A DNA stretch of 64,000 nucleotides from assembly GCA_038060895.1 (NCBI GenBank), contig JBBTCT010000011.1, forward strand, positions 1 to 64,000. Direction: 5' to 3'. Source of the DNA: Planctomycetota bacterium (GTDB lineage: Bacteria > Planctomycetota > MHYJ01 > WSZJ01). The notes beneath the pieces are model-generated. The model was given only the letters and a program-made list of their open reading frames with translations. It was not told the origin of the DNA and searched no databases. Position 1 is the stretch's first letter. Each line of letters starts with the position of its first letter. This document shows, piece after piece, positions 31,176 to 40,811 of the stretch. A program made the position numbers and the translations under genes.

Positions 31176-32236
31176 GCCGTCCGCCCACGATCCCTCCCCC
31201 GCCGGCGGCGCTTCGCGATTCGCGCTTCATGCGCGCCTGCCGCCGGGAGCCGGTGGACATGACGCCGGTGTGGCTGATGCGGCAGGCGGGGCGGTACATG
31301 AAGGAGTACCGGGACGTGCGGGACAAGGTCGCGTTCAAGGACCTGTGCCGCCGGCCGGAGCTGGCAGCGGAAGTCGCGGTGACGGCGCAGAAGAAGCTCG
31401 GCGTGGACGCGGCGATCGTGTTCAGCGACATCCTGCTGATCCTGGAAGCGATGGGGGCGGGGCTGGACTACGTCGAGGGAGAGGGGCCGGCGGTGTCGAA
31501 AGGAGTCGCGGAGCCGGCGGACGTGGACCGGCTCAAGGTGGCGGAACCGGAAGCGCTGCAGTTCGTGTATGACGCGGTGCGTCAAACGCGAGCCGCTCTT
31601 CCGCCAAACGTCCCGCTCATCGGATTTTCGGGCGCGCCGTTCACGCTCGCGGCGTACCTCATCGACGGGCACGGGGCGCGGGACTCGCAGAAGACGCGCA
31701 TGTTCATGCGCCAGCACCCCGCGGCCTGGAATGCGCTTCTCGAAAAGCTCGTCCGGGGCCTCTCGCCGTACCTGTGGCACCAGGCGGCCTCGGGGGCGCA
31801 GGCGCTCCAGATTTTCGACACATGGGTGGGGGTGCTCGGACCGCGCGACTACCGGCAGTACGTGCTGCCGCACATGCGCACTTTGATCGCGGAGCTGCCG
31901 CCGGGGGTGCCGACGATCTACTTCGGGACCGGGACGGCGGGGATCCTCGACGCGATGGTCGAGTGCGAGCCGGAGGTCATCGGTGTGGACTCGCGCACGG
32001 ACCTGGGCGCCGCGTGGGCGCGCTGCGGCGCCGTCGCGATCCAGGGGAACCTCGATTCAACAGTGCTGTTCGCGGACAAGCCGACCATCCGCCGCGCCGC
32101 CCAGAATGTCCTCGACTCCGCGGCGGGACGCCCGGGACACGTCTTCAATCTCGGCCACGGCGTGCTCCCCGGGACGCCCGTGGACAACGTCCGGCTCCTC
32201 GTTGACACTGTGCACGAAGCCTCTTCAAGGATGTGA
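31172..32236 (+). CDS. hemE: uroporphyrinogen decarboxylase
   Basis: PVWLMRQAGRYM, AAIVFSDIL, IGFSGAPFTLA, QGNLD, FNLGHG. Confidence 0.97.
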   Translation: MSRPPTIPPPPAALRDSRFMRACRREPVDMTPVWLMRQAGRYMKEYRDVRDKVAFKDLCRRPELAAEVAVTAQKKLGVDAAIVFSDILLILEAMGAGLDYVEGEGPAVSKGVAEPADVDRLKVAEPEALQFVYDAVRQTRAALPPNVPLIGFSGAPFTLAAYLIDGHGARDSQKTRMFMRQHPAAWNALLEKLVRGLSPYLWHQAASGAQALQIFDTWVGVLGPRDYRQYVLPHMRTLIAELPPGVPTIYFGTGTAGILDAMVECEPEVIGVDSRTDLGAAWARCGAVAIQGNLDSTVLFADKPTIRRAAQNVLDSAAGRPGHVFNLGHGVLPGTPVDNVRLLVDTVHEASSRM

Positions 32237-33237
32237 CCATGCCCCACGACGGCGTGCTGTTGATCGCGTTCGGCGGCCCGACACCCGGTGGCTGCAACCG
32301 GCTCCAGGCGAACGGAGAGCCGTGCGCGGGGCCGGAACACGGGCGCGCGTGCCCCGAGGGATGCGCAACGGAGGCGCATTGCTTCGTTCAGGGAATCCTC
32401 GGGAAGTCGCCGGCGCGAGCGGGGCGCGTGGACGAGGTCGCGAAGCATTACCACGCGATCGGCGGGTATTCCCCGTTCAACGAGCTGACGTTCCGGCAGG
32501 GGCGCAACCTGATGCTCGCGCTGAAGAAACTCGGGAAGCCGCTTCCCGTCGCGACTGGCCTGCGGCACTGGGGGCCCTCGCTGAAGGACGTGATCCGGAT
32601 GCTGTCGGAGAAGGGCCACCGCCGGATGGTCGGGATCATCATGGCGCCGCACCAGTCGAAGGTGAGCTGGGACTGGTACTTGTCCACGGTGGACGAGGCC
32701 GTCACGGCTCTTCCGGAAAACGCGCGCATCCAGTTCGACATTCTCGAGCCGTGGTGGAAGGATGCGGGGTTCGTGAAGGCGATCGCGGAAGTCATCCGCG
32801 GCGACCTGGCGAAGTGGCCGGAGGCGCGGGCGCGGGAAGCGAAGATCGTCTTCAGCGCGCACTCCATCCCGGCGGCGATTGCAAAGTCAGGGCCGTACGC
32901 GGCGCAGTTTGAAGAGACGGCGGCACTCGTAGCGAAGGAGCTCGCCTGGAAGAACTGGTCGGTCGCGTACCAGTCGAGCGCGAGCGACGCGAGCCAGCCC
33001 TGGACGAGCCCTGACATCAACGACGCGATCCGGGAGGCGAAGAAGGCAGGATCGGCGGACGTGCTGGTGTCGCCGATCGGGTTTTTGGTCGATCACGTGG
33101 AGGTGCTGTACGACCTGGACGTGGAAGCGAAGAAAACGGCGGCGGAATGCGGGGTGGGGTTCATTCGGAGCGGGACGGTGGGGTCGCATGAGAGGTTTAT
33201 CGGGATGCTGGCGGAGAAGGTGGCGGCTAAGGCCTGA
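32233..33237 (+). CDS. hemH: ferrochelatase (coproporphyrin/protoporphyrin) with Cys-rich N-terminal insertion
   Basis: VLLIAFGGP, HYHAIGGYSP, FSAHSIP, YQS...PWTSPDI, PIGFLVDHVEVLYDLD. Confidence 0.93.
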   Translation: MTMPHDGVLLIAFGGPTPGGCNRLQANGEPCAGPEHGRACPEGCATEAHCFVQGILGKSPARAGRVDEVAKHYHAIGGYSPFNELTFRQGRNLMLALKKLGKPLPVATGLRHWGPSLKDVIRMLSEKGHRRMVGIIMAPHQSKVSWDWYLSTVDEAVTALPENARIQFDILEPWWKDAGFVKAIAEVIRGDLAKWPEARAREAKIVFSAHSIPAAIAKSGPYAAQFEETAALVAKELAWKNWSVAYQSSASDASQPWTSPDINDAIREAKKAGSADVLVSPIGFLVDHVEVLYDLDVEAKKTAAECGVGFIRSGTVGSHERFIGMLAEKVAAKA

Positions 33238-33245
33238 ACGGCGAC

Positions 33246-33287
33246 AACGAAGAGAAAAACCAAAAACGAAAAACGAAAAACGAAAAG
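33246..33287. repeat. heptamer tandem repeat (CGAAAAA)n
   Basis: agaaaaa ccaaaaa cgaaaaa cgaaaaa cgaaaag between hemH and hemY. Confidence 0.7.
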
Positions 33288-33312
33288 GGCCGTCGAACAC
33301 GGGTGACCGCAG

Positions 33313-34680
33313 ATGACCCGGCGCGTGGTGGTCATCGGAGGAGGAATCGCGGGGCTGGCGGCCGGATTCCGGCTGGCGCGGACGCGCGGAATCGAAGTGG
33401 AAGTGCTGGATGCGGCGCCCCGGGCCGGGGGCGCGATCGCTACATCGCGCGAGGACGGATTTCTGCTCGAGCAGGGGCCCGACTGTTTCCTGACCGTCAA
33501 GCCCTCCGCCATTGAGCTCTGCAGGGAGCTCGGGCTTGAGGACCGGCTGATCGGCACGATCGAGGGAAACCGGAAGAGCTTCGTCGCCCGCAAATCGAAA
33601 TTGCACGCGGTGCCCGAGGGGTTCTACCTGATGGCCCCTTCTTCCATGGCCAGCCTCGCTGCTTCGCGCATTTTCTCGGTGAAGGGCAAGGCGCGGATGG
33701 CGATGGAGCCCCTGATCCCGCGGCGCACGGACGCCGCCGACGAATCGCTGGCGTCGTTCGTCCGGCGCCGGCTCGGGCAGGAATGCCTCGACCGGCTGGC
33801 CCAGCCGATGATCGCGGGGATCACGACGGCGGATCCCGAGAAGCTCTCGATGCGGGCGGCGATGCCGCAGTTTCCCGAGATGGAGGAGAGGCACGGCTCG
33901 ATCATCAAGGCGCTGGCGACGAAGGCGCTCTCCCGCGGGACTAGCGGCCCGCGCTACGGGATGTTCGCGACGCTGGACGGCGGGATGCAGATGCTGGTCG
34001 ATGCGCTTGCGGCGGCACTCGGACCCCGGCTGCGGACGGGAGTCCGCGTGAATGGTCTACGGCGATCTGGCAACCAATGGGCCGTCGATTCGACCTCGGG
34101 CGATCTCGCGGCCGACGCCCTCGTGATCGCACTGCCCGCCACGGCCGCCGCTTCCCTTCTGCTCCCCCACGACAAGCGCCTCGCGGAGCTTCTGGCGGGA
34201 ATCGAATCCGCGTCGGTGGCGACAGTGCACGTCGCGTGGAAGGAGGAGGACTTGCGACTCCCGGCAGCGATGGGGTTCGTGGTCCCCGCGATTGAAAACC
34301 GTTTCACGCTCGCATGCTCGTTCACGTCGCGAAAGTTCCCCGGGCGCGCCCCCGCCGGGACCTCCCTGGTGCGGGTCTTCGCCGGCGGCGCGACACGCCC
34401 GGCCGACGCTTCCCTGCCCGACGGGGAATTGACGCAGCGCGTTATCGCGGATCTCCGCGATCTCCTCGGCGCTAAGGGAAAACCGCTGTTCGCCCGCGTC
34501 GACCGGCATGCGGAAGCGATGCCCCAGTACCACGTTGGCCACATGGACCGGGTCGCGGAAATGGAAAAGCGCGCGGCGGCCGTTCCCGGCCTCGCGCTCT
34601 GCGGCGCCAGTTATCGCGGGGTGGGAGTCCCGGATTGCGTGAAGAGCGGAGAAGTCGCGGCGGAAATCGCCGCGAGGTAG
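33313..34680 (+). CDS. hemY: HemY-type FAD-dependent (copro/proto)porphyrinogen oxidase
   Basis: VVIGGGIAGL, EQGPDCF, LSMRAAMP, MPQYHVGH, YRGVGVPDCVKSG. Confidence 0.93.
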   Translation: MTRRVVVIGGGIAGLAAGFRLARTRGIEVEVLDAAPRAGGAIATSREDGFLLEQGPDCFLTVKPSAIELCRELGLEDRLIGTIEGNRKSFVARKSKLHAVPEGFYLMAPSSMASLAASRIFSVKGKARMAMEPLIPRRTDAADESLASFVRRRLGQECLDRLAQPMIAGITTADPEKLSMRAAMPQFPEMEERHGSIIKALATKALSRGTSGPRYGMFATLDGGMQMLVDALAAALGPRLRTGVRVNGLRRSGNQWAVDSTSGDLAADALVIALPATAAASLLLPHDKRLAELLAGIESASVATVHVAWKEEDLRLPAAMGFVVPAIENRFTLACSFTSRKFPGRAPAGTSLVRVFAGGATRPADASLPDGELTQRVIADLRDLLGAKGKPLFARVDRHAEAMPQYHVGHMDRVAEMEKRAAAVPGLALCGASYRGVGVPDCVKSGEVAAEIAAR

Positions 34681-34718
34681 ATAAGATTCCTGCACCTCCC
34701 TCCAGACCGGGACATCCC

Positions 34719-35873
34719 GTGAGAATCCTCCTTGTCGCGTCGCTGCTGGCCTCGACCTGTTTCGCCGACACCGTTTTCCTGAAGGACGGGCGCAAGCTCG
34801 AGGGCGCCGTCACGGACGCCGGCGAGGAATTCGCGATCAAGGGAAAGTTCGGAACGGTCCGCGTGAAGAAGGCGGACGTCGACCGCGTCGAGGCCGACGC
34901 GAGCGAGCCCCCCCCGGCAACCGGCAACCCGCCGGCCACCGGCAATCCCTCCGCGAAGACGAAGCCCCTCTCCGGCCCGGAACGCACTACCCTCCAGTCG
35001 GCGGAGGCGCTTCTCAACGAGAACAAGGCCCCCGAGGGCCTGAAACTGATCGCGACCATGCTGAACGCGGAGGACGGGTACGACTGGGAAGGCAAGCGCC
35101 GCATCAGTCTCCTCGCCAGCCGCCTCGCCCTCCGGGCCGGCGACCGCAGCCGTGCCGCGAAAGAGATTGCCCTCTGGGCGTCCCTCGCCCCGGCCACGTC
35201 CCGCTTCTCGGACGAGACGCGGGCGCGGCTCGTGACGGATTCGGCCGACGGCAATTTCGTCGTGAAGGAAGAGGACCTCCTGGCCCATGCCGGCGTGTCG
35301 CTCGAGCCGGGTCCGCAGCCGCTCTGGGACGAGAAAGTGGTCGCGTTCGCGCTTCGGCTCGAGGCGCGCAATGACGAGGCGCAGGGGAACAAGGCGCTGG
35401 AAGAGGCGCGCACTTTCGAGAAGAAAGACCACGAGCAGGCGCTCAAGGCCTTTCGCACCGCGGAAAAAGCCTACGCGCGCGCCGACGACATCTCTCCCGG
35501 GTGCTGCCGGCCGAGCCAGATCGCGGCTCTCAGGGGAATGCTCGACGCCCTCTTCAGCCTCGGCGTCGAGGCCGACGAAAAGCAGATGGCCAGCAGCCCG
35601 CTCAACGTGGGATTCGAGATGAAAGCCAACGCCGAAGGGCGGCTTCGCTTCACGCCCGCCGGCCGGACGAAATTCGACGAGACGCGGCGGGACTGGAACA
35701 CGCAGGTGGACCGGCTGGAAACGATCATGAAGGAAATCGACGCGCTGAAGGCACGGTTTCCAGAAGAAGTTGCGAAGCAGCAGGGGCAGTACGAGAGGCT
35801 GAAGACCGCGCTTTCGGACATGGTGCCGAGAATTCGCAAGGCATTCGCGAAAGCGCTTCAGGAACACAACTAG
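34719..35873 (+). CDS. exported hypothetical protein (LKDG module plus helical domain), paralogue of 35965
   Basis: GTG start, signal peptide, DTVFLKDGRKLEG...KGKFGTVRVKKADVDRVE; LEPGPQPLWD. Confidence 0.75.
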   Translation: MRILLVASLLASTCFADTVFLKDGRKLEGAVTDAGEEFAIKGKFGTVRVKKADVDRVEADASEPPPATGNPPATGNPSAKTKPLSGPERTTLQSAEALLNENKAPEGLKLIATMLNAEDGYDWEGKRRISLLASRLALRAGDRSRAAKEIALWASLAPATSRFSDETRARLVTDSADGNFVVKEEDLLAHAGVSLEPGPQPLWDEKVVAFALRLEARNDEAQGNKALEEARTFEKKDHEQALKAFRTAEKAYARADDISPGCCRPSQIAALRGMLDALFSLGVEADEKQMASSPLNVGFEMKANAEGRLRFTPAGRTKFDETRRDWNTQVDRLETIMKEIDALKARFPEEVAKQQGQYERLKTALSDMVPRIRKAFAKALQEHN

Positions 35874-35964
35874 GCCGACTCCGCCCGACCCGCAGAATTT
35901 TTCCCACGCTCTGGAGCACAGCCAGGAACGCTACAATCACGCCCTCTAATCTCCCGGAGGCACC

Positions 35965-37266
35965 TTGAAGACGCTGGCTCTCTCCCTGTTCCTGGCCGCG
36001 GCCTGTTGCGCGGACACCGTCTGGCTGAAAGACGGTCGAAAGTACGAAGGCACGGTCACCGAGCAAGGGGACGAGTACGCCATCAAGGGGAAATTCGGCA
36101 CGATCAAGGTCAAGAAGTCCGACGTCGAACGGGTGGACATGCCGCCGACCGGCGAATACGCGACGCGGTCCAGGGCGCTCGCCGACCAGGACGTGGACGG
36201 TCACTTCGCGCTCGGCCAGTGGTGCAAGGACAAGGGGATGAAGGCGGAAGCGCGCGCTGAATTCGAGAAGGTGCTGAAAACCGATCCTCACCACGAAGGA
36301 GCGCACAAGGAGCTCGGCCACTCCCGCGTCGGCGACCGATGGGGAACACCGCTCGAGCTGATGGACTCCGTGGAAGCGCTTCTGCGACTCAACAAGGCCG
36401 AAAAGGCGCGCGACATGATGGCGCCGCTGATGGCCAACGCGCTCGAGGGCCTGGAGAAGCCCCAGCAGGCCCGCGCCTGGAAGATCATGATCTCGATCGA
36501 GTTGCGCGACGGGAAGGCGGACGCGGCCGCCGACGCCGCCGATCGCGCCGCCGAGTCCGCCGTCGCCACGGAGAGGGTCGCCGCGAAGACCCGGGCCGAG
36601 ATCATCCGCAGCTCCCGCGACGGAAGATACGACGTGAAGCAGGACGACCTCGTCGCCACGATGCCCGGCCAGAGGGACCCCGGCCTGGGCCCGCTGGAAA
36701 CCGGCCGCCAGCCTCTCTGGGACGACCGCGTCATGCTGATCGCGCTTCGCAACGTTGCGCAGCGCGACATCGACAAGGGGAAGAAGCTCGCCGCCGACGC
36801 CTTCAACTGCGTGGGAATGGACAAGGAGAAGGCGTTCCGTCTCTACGCTTCCGCCGAGGACTTCTTCGATCACGCCAACGAGATCGTTCCCGACTTCGGC
36901 CGCCAGTACCAGGTGGAAGCCCTGCGGAAGCAGGTCCCCATCCTGTTTGACATCGCCGTAGACAACGTCAACAAGGCCGACGCCTCCAGCCCGCTGACGA
37001 AAAACTACGGGCTTGTGTGGCACCCCGGAGGCGCGCTCACCTTTACCGGCGACGGCCTCGCGCGCTACCAGGACGACAAGCGCACCTGGAACGCCTACGC
37101 CGGAAAGATCGAGGAGTGCATGAAGGACATCTCCCGCCTCAACAACCGCTTCCCCGCCGAGTTCGCCGCGCACAAACAGTCGTACGAGCGCGTGGACAAT
37201 TACTTCAAGAAGCGCATCCCCGAAATCCGCGCCTACCTGGACAAGATCGAGAAGGCGTTGAAATGA
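35965..37266 (+). CDS. exported hypothetical protein (LKDG module, TPR-like segment, helical domain)
   Basis: SD GGAGG with TTG start; DTVWLKDGRKYEG...KGKFGTIKVKKSDVERVD; HFALGQWC..KG; LETGRQPLWD. Confidence 0.8.
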   Translation: MKTLALSLFLAAACCADTVWLKDGRKYEGTVTEQGDEYAIKGKFGTIKVKKSDVERVDMPPTGEYATRSRALADQDVDGHFALGQWCKDKGMKAEARAEFEKVLKTDPHHEGAHKELGHSRVGDRWGTPLELMDSVEALLRLNKAEKARDMMAPLMANALEGLEKPQQARAWKIMISIELRDGKADAAADAADRAAESAVATERVAAKTRAEIIRSSRDGRYDVKQDDLVATMPGQRDPGLGPLETGRQPLWDDRVMLIALRNVAQRDIDKGKKLAADAFNCVGMDKEKAFRLYASAEDFFDHANEIVPDFGRQYQVEALRKQVPILFDIAVDNVNKADASSPLTKNYGLVWHPGGALTFTGDGLARYQDDKRTWNAYAGKIEECMKDISRLNNRFPAEFAAHKQSYERVDNYFKKRIPEIRAYLDKIEKALK

Positions 37267-38387
37267 AGCGGCTTGCGGCGGCGCTTCTCGGCGCGGCGCT
37301 GGCGGCAAGCCTGGCGGCGGCGGACGACGCCGCGGCGCGCGGCAAGAAGCAGTTCGACGAGGGGAAGTTCGAGGAAGCGGTCAAGACGCTCCGGAAGGAC
37401 GTTGACCTCTATCCCGAACACGTCGAAAGCTACCGCTGGCTCGCTTCCTCGCTGGAAAAACTGGGGCGGGCCGACGAAGCGAAACTGGTCTGGAAGGACT
37501 TCCGTGCGCTGGCTCGAAGCGAGGAAGACCGCAGGCTCGCGGATGAGAAGCTGGGCGCCGGGCCGGGGACGGTGGACAAGGATCTGGTGCTCGACGAAGC
37601 GACGATTGACGCGATCCGCGTTCCGGGCCAGGGTTGGTTCGAAAAGAAGACGGCGCACTTTGCGGTCAAGACGCACAACGAGCGCCTGACGGAAGTCATC
37701 GCGGTGCAGGCCGAAAAGTATCTCGCGGCGCTCTCGAGCCGGTTTCTGAACGGCGCGGCCTACCCGCATGTCGTGCCGCTCACGGTCTATCGCGACCAGT
37801 CGGAATACGTCGGGGCGGGAAATCCCGATTGGAGCCAGGGAGGCACGGCCGTCGGCTACGAATCTCTCGACAACTTCCTGAAGGGCCAGATGTCCCGCAA
37901 GATCGACCTCCTGCACACGATCGGAGGCAAGATCAACCCAGACCTCGCCAAACCGAAACTACTCCCGCACGAACTCACGCACCTGGTGCTCATGGAGCAC
38001 TTCGGCGAGACTCCCCTCCCTCTCTGGCTGAACGAGGGTCTCGCGCAATACATGGAGGTCGATCGGCGCGAAGAAGCGAACACGCAACTCCGGGAGTTTT
38101 TCGTGGACCGCAAGGGCTCGGCGATCCCGCTGCGCACGTTTGCGACGCTTCCCGGCTACCCCGAAAACCGCGGCGCGATCGCGCTCTTCTACGCGCAAAG
38201 CGCGTCCTTCACCTCCTGGCTCATCGACATCCTGGGCCAGGAGAAATTCCACGTGTTCCTGCAGGACCTCAAGAAGGGAACGGAGGTCGAGCCGGCGCTT
38301 CAGAGCGCTCTGAAAGCCGGCAAGGACTGGGAAGCCCCCGTCCAGGCGCAGTGGCTGAAGACCGTGCAGGCACTGCCAAAGAAGTAA
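37263..38387 (+). CDS. exported TPR plus peptidase MA-like (gluzincin) protein
   Basis: ATGA overlap; signal peptide; TPR; LPHELTH...PLWLNEGLAQYME; FYAQS. Confidence 0.85.
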   Translation: MKRLAAALLGAALAASLAAADDAAARGKKQFDEGKFEEAVKTLRKDVDLYPEHVESYRWLASSLEKLGRADEAKLVWKDFRALARSEEDRRLADEKLGAGPGTVDKDLVLDEATIDAIRVPGQGWFEKKTAHFAVKTHNERLTEVIAVQAEKYLAALSSRFLNGAAYPHVVPLTVYRDQSEYVGAGNPDWSQGGTAVGYESLDNFLKGQMSRKIDLLHTIGGKINPDLAKPKLLPHELTHLVLMEHFGETPLPLWLNEGLAQYMEVDRREEANTQLREFFVDRKGSAIPLRTFATLPGYPENRGAIALFYAQSASFTSWLIDILGQEKFHVFLQDLKKGTEVEPALQSALKAGKDWEAPVQAQWLKTVQALPKK

Positions 38388-38410
38388 CGGCGAGTTGCCC
38401 GTTGCAAACG

Positions 38411-38444
38411 AACCCGGCGGCCCTCGCGGGCCGCCGGGTTATTT
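38411..38444. terminator. bidirectional intrinsic terminator
   Basis: AACCCGGCGGCCC tcgc GGGCCGCCGGGTT attt between convergent genes. Confidence 0.8.
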
Positions 38445-38497
38445 CAGTCGTCGTCGTTGCTCAATCCTCAACACTCAGCATTCCCGACTGCCGTGCG

Positions 38498-40220
38498 CTA
38501 GTAGTCCTCGTCTCCGCCCAAACCCCCCCCACACCCCCCCCCCCCCCCCCACCCCCCCCCCCCCGCCCATCCCGCCCATCCCGCCCATGCCGCCCATATC
38601 CCCCATCCCTTCCGGCATCCCGCCTCCACCTCCGCCCGCCTTCTTGCTCTTGATCTCGGAGACGAGCGCGTCGGTCGTGAGCAGAAGGCCGGCGACGGAG
38701 GCCGCGTGCTGGAGCGCGCTCCGGACAACCTTCGTGGGATCGATGATTCCGGCCTTGATCAGGTCGCCGTACTCGTCCTTCGCGGCGTCGTAGCCGTACG
38801 GGCCCTTGCCTTCGGCGACCTTGTTTTCGACGATGGAACCGTTCTTGCCGGCGTTGACGGCAATCTGGCGCATCGGGGAAGACAGCGCCCGGCGGACAAT
38901 GTCCACGCCCGTCGCCTCGTCGCCCTTCGCGTCGACTTTCTTCAGCACGTCGATCGAGCGGAACAGCGCGATCCCGCCGCCGGGGAGAATGCCCTCCTCC
39001 ATCGCGGCCTTCGTCGCGTGCAGCGCGTCTTCGATGCGGGCCTTCTTCTCCTTCATCTCCACTTCGGTCGCCGCGCCGACCAGCACCTTGGCAACGCCGC
39101 CCGAGAGCTTCGCCAGCCGCTCCTGGAGCTTCTCTTTGTCGTAGTCCGACTTCGTGTCGAGGATCTCGTTCTTGATCATCGCGATGCGGCCCTGGATCGC
39201 CTTCGTGTCGCCCGCGCCCTCGATGACCGTCGTGTTCTCCTTGTCGATCACGACCTTCTTCGCGCGCCCGAGGTAGCTCAGGTCCGCCTTCTCGAGGTCG
39301 ACGCCCAGGTCCTCCGTGATCGCCTTGCCGCCCGTCAGGATCGCCAGGTCTTCCAGCATCGCCTTGCGGCGGTCGCCGTACCCGGGAGCCTTCACCGCCG
39401 CGCACTTGAACACACCGCGCAGCTTGTTCACCACCAGCGTCGCCAGGGCATCCCCTTCGACTTCCTCTGCGATGAGCAGAAGCGGCTTCCCGGTCTGCGA
39501 CACCTTCTCGACCAGCCCGATCAGGTCCTTGATCGCGCCGATTTTCTTCTCGTAAAGCAGGATGTACGGCTCGTCCAGCACGACCTTCTGGCCCTGGAGG
39601 TCCGTGATGAAGTGTGGCGAGAGGAAGCCCTTGTCGAATTGCATGCCCTCGACCCACTCGACCTCGGTCTTCAGCGACTTCCCTTCTTCGCACGTGATGA
39701 CCCCGTCCTTGCCGACCTTCTTCATCGCCTCGGCGATCATCGTGCCGATTTCCTTGTCGTTGTTCGCGGCGACCGTGCCGACCTGCTCGACTTCCTTGTC
39801 GCCCTTCACCTTCGTCGACATCGACTTCAGATGTTCGACCACGGCCGCGACGCCCTGCTCGATCCCGCGCAGCAGCGACATCGGATTCGCCCCCGCCGCG
39901 ACATTCTTCAGCCCCTCCACGAAAATCGCTTCCGCCAGCACCGTCGCCGTCGTCGTGCCGTCGCCGGCGACGTCCGACGTCTTCGAAGCGACTTCCTTCA
40001 CCATCTGGGCGCCCATGTTCTCGTAGGCGTCCTTCAGTTCGATCTCCTTCGCAACCGTGACGCCGTCCTTCGTCACCAGCGGCGCCCCGAACTTCTTCTC
40101 GATGATCACGTTCCGCCCGCGCGGCCCCAGCGTCGTCTTCACCGCACGCGCCAGCACCATCACGCCGTCGCGGATCTTCTCGCGCGCTTCAGCGTCGTAA
40201 ATGATCTTCTTTGCAGCCAT
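38498..40220 (-). CDS. groL: chaperonin GroEL; the C-terminal GGM tail contains a probable homopolymer frameshift
   Basis: [48 protein letters not shown]. Likely real end GGDEDY* at 38498 lies in another frame. Confidence 0.96.
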
Positions 40221-40286
40221 CGTTCCAGTCTCCTGTTCTTCGGACCGTTGAGTTTTCGTTGCTGAGTCGAGGACCCGCGCGACGAG

Positions 40287-40577
40287 CTACTTGGAAATGA
40301 TCGCGAGGATGTCTTCTTCGGCCATGATCACGTAGTCGCGCCCTTCAACCTTGCACTCGGTGCCGGCGTAGCTCGCGAAGAGCACGCGGTCCCCCTCCTG
40401 CACCTGGAACGGCACGCGCTTGCCGTTGTCCAGCATCCGGCCGTCCCCGACCGCCACGATCTTCCCTTCCTTCGGCTTCTCCTTTGCCGAGTCGGGAATC
40501 ACGATCCCGCCCTTCGTCTTCGATTCCGCTTCAAGGCGCTCGACAAGGATCTTGTCGCCGATGGGCTTGACCTTCAT
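40287..40577 (-). CDS. groS: co-chaperonin GroES
   Basis: [41 protein letters not shown]. Confidence 0.97.
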   Translation of the reverse strand: MKVKPIGDKILVERLEAESKTKGGIVIPDSAKEKPKEGKIVAVGDGRMLDNGKRVPFQVQEGDRVLFASYAGTECKVEGRDYVIMAEEDILAIISK

Positions 40578-40642
40578 GGGGATGGCTCCTGTCAAAATGG
40601 GCGAGGTCGGGAGTAGGTACAGTTCCGGACTAGGGGATGCAG

Positions 40643-40659
40643 TAGCAACGGGTATGCCC
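40643..40659 (-). promoter_or_regulatory. sigma54 (-24/-12) promoter of groES-groEL
   Basis: Minus strand GGGCATACCCGTTGCTA = GG-N10-GC with TTGC, about 66 bp upstream of groES. Confidence 0.6.
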
Positions 40660-40811
40660 GGATGCGCTGATTGCTAAGTCATTGCAGCTTCCGATGTTAG
40701 GATTCCGCTGGTCCGCGAGGATTCGGCCCAAGTGGCAGCGATCTGCCAGAGTGACACAAGGCGCAGATGTGGATCTCAGGATGCCTTCCCGAGGTCTGGT
40801 AGAGTCCCGCC

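Noticed and set aside
40669-40677. CIRCE-like half site TTAGCAATC (minus strand) upstream of groES
   Set aside because: No GAGTGCTAA-like second arm 9 bp away.
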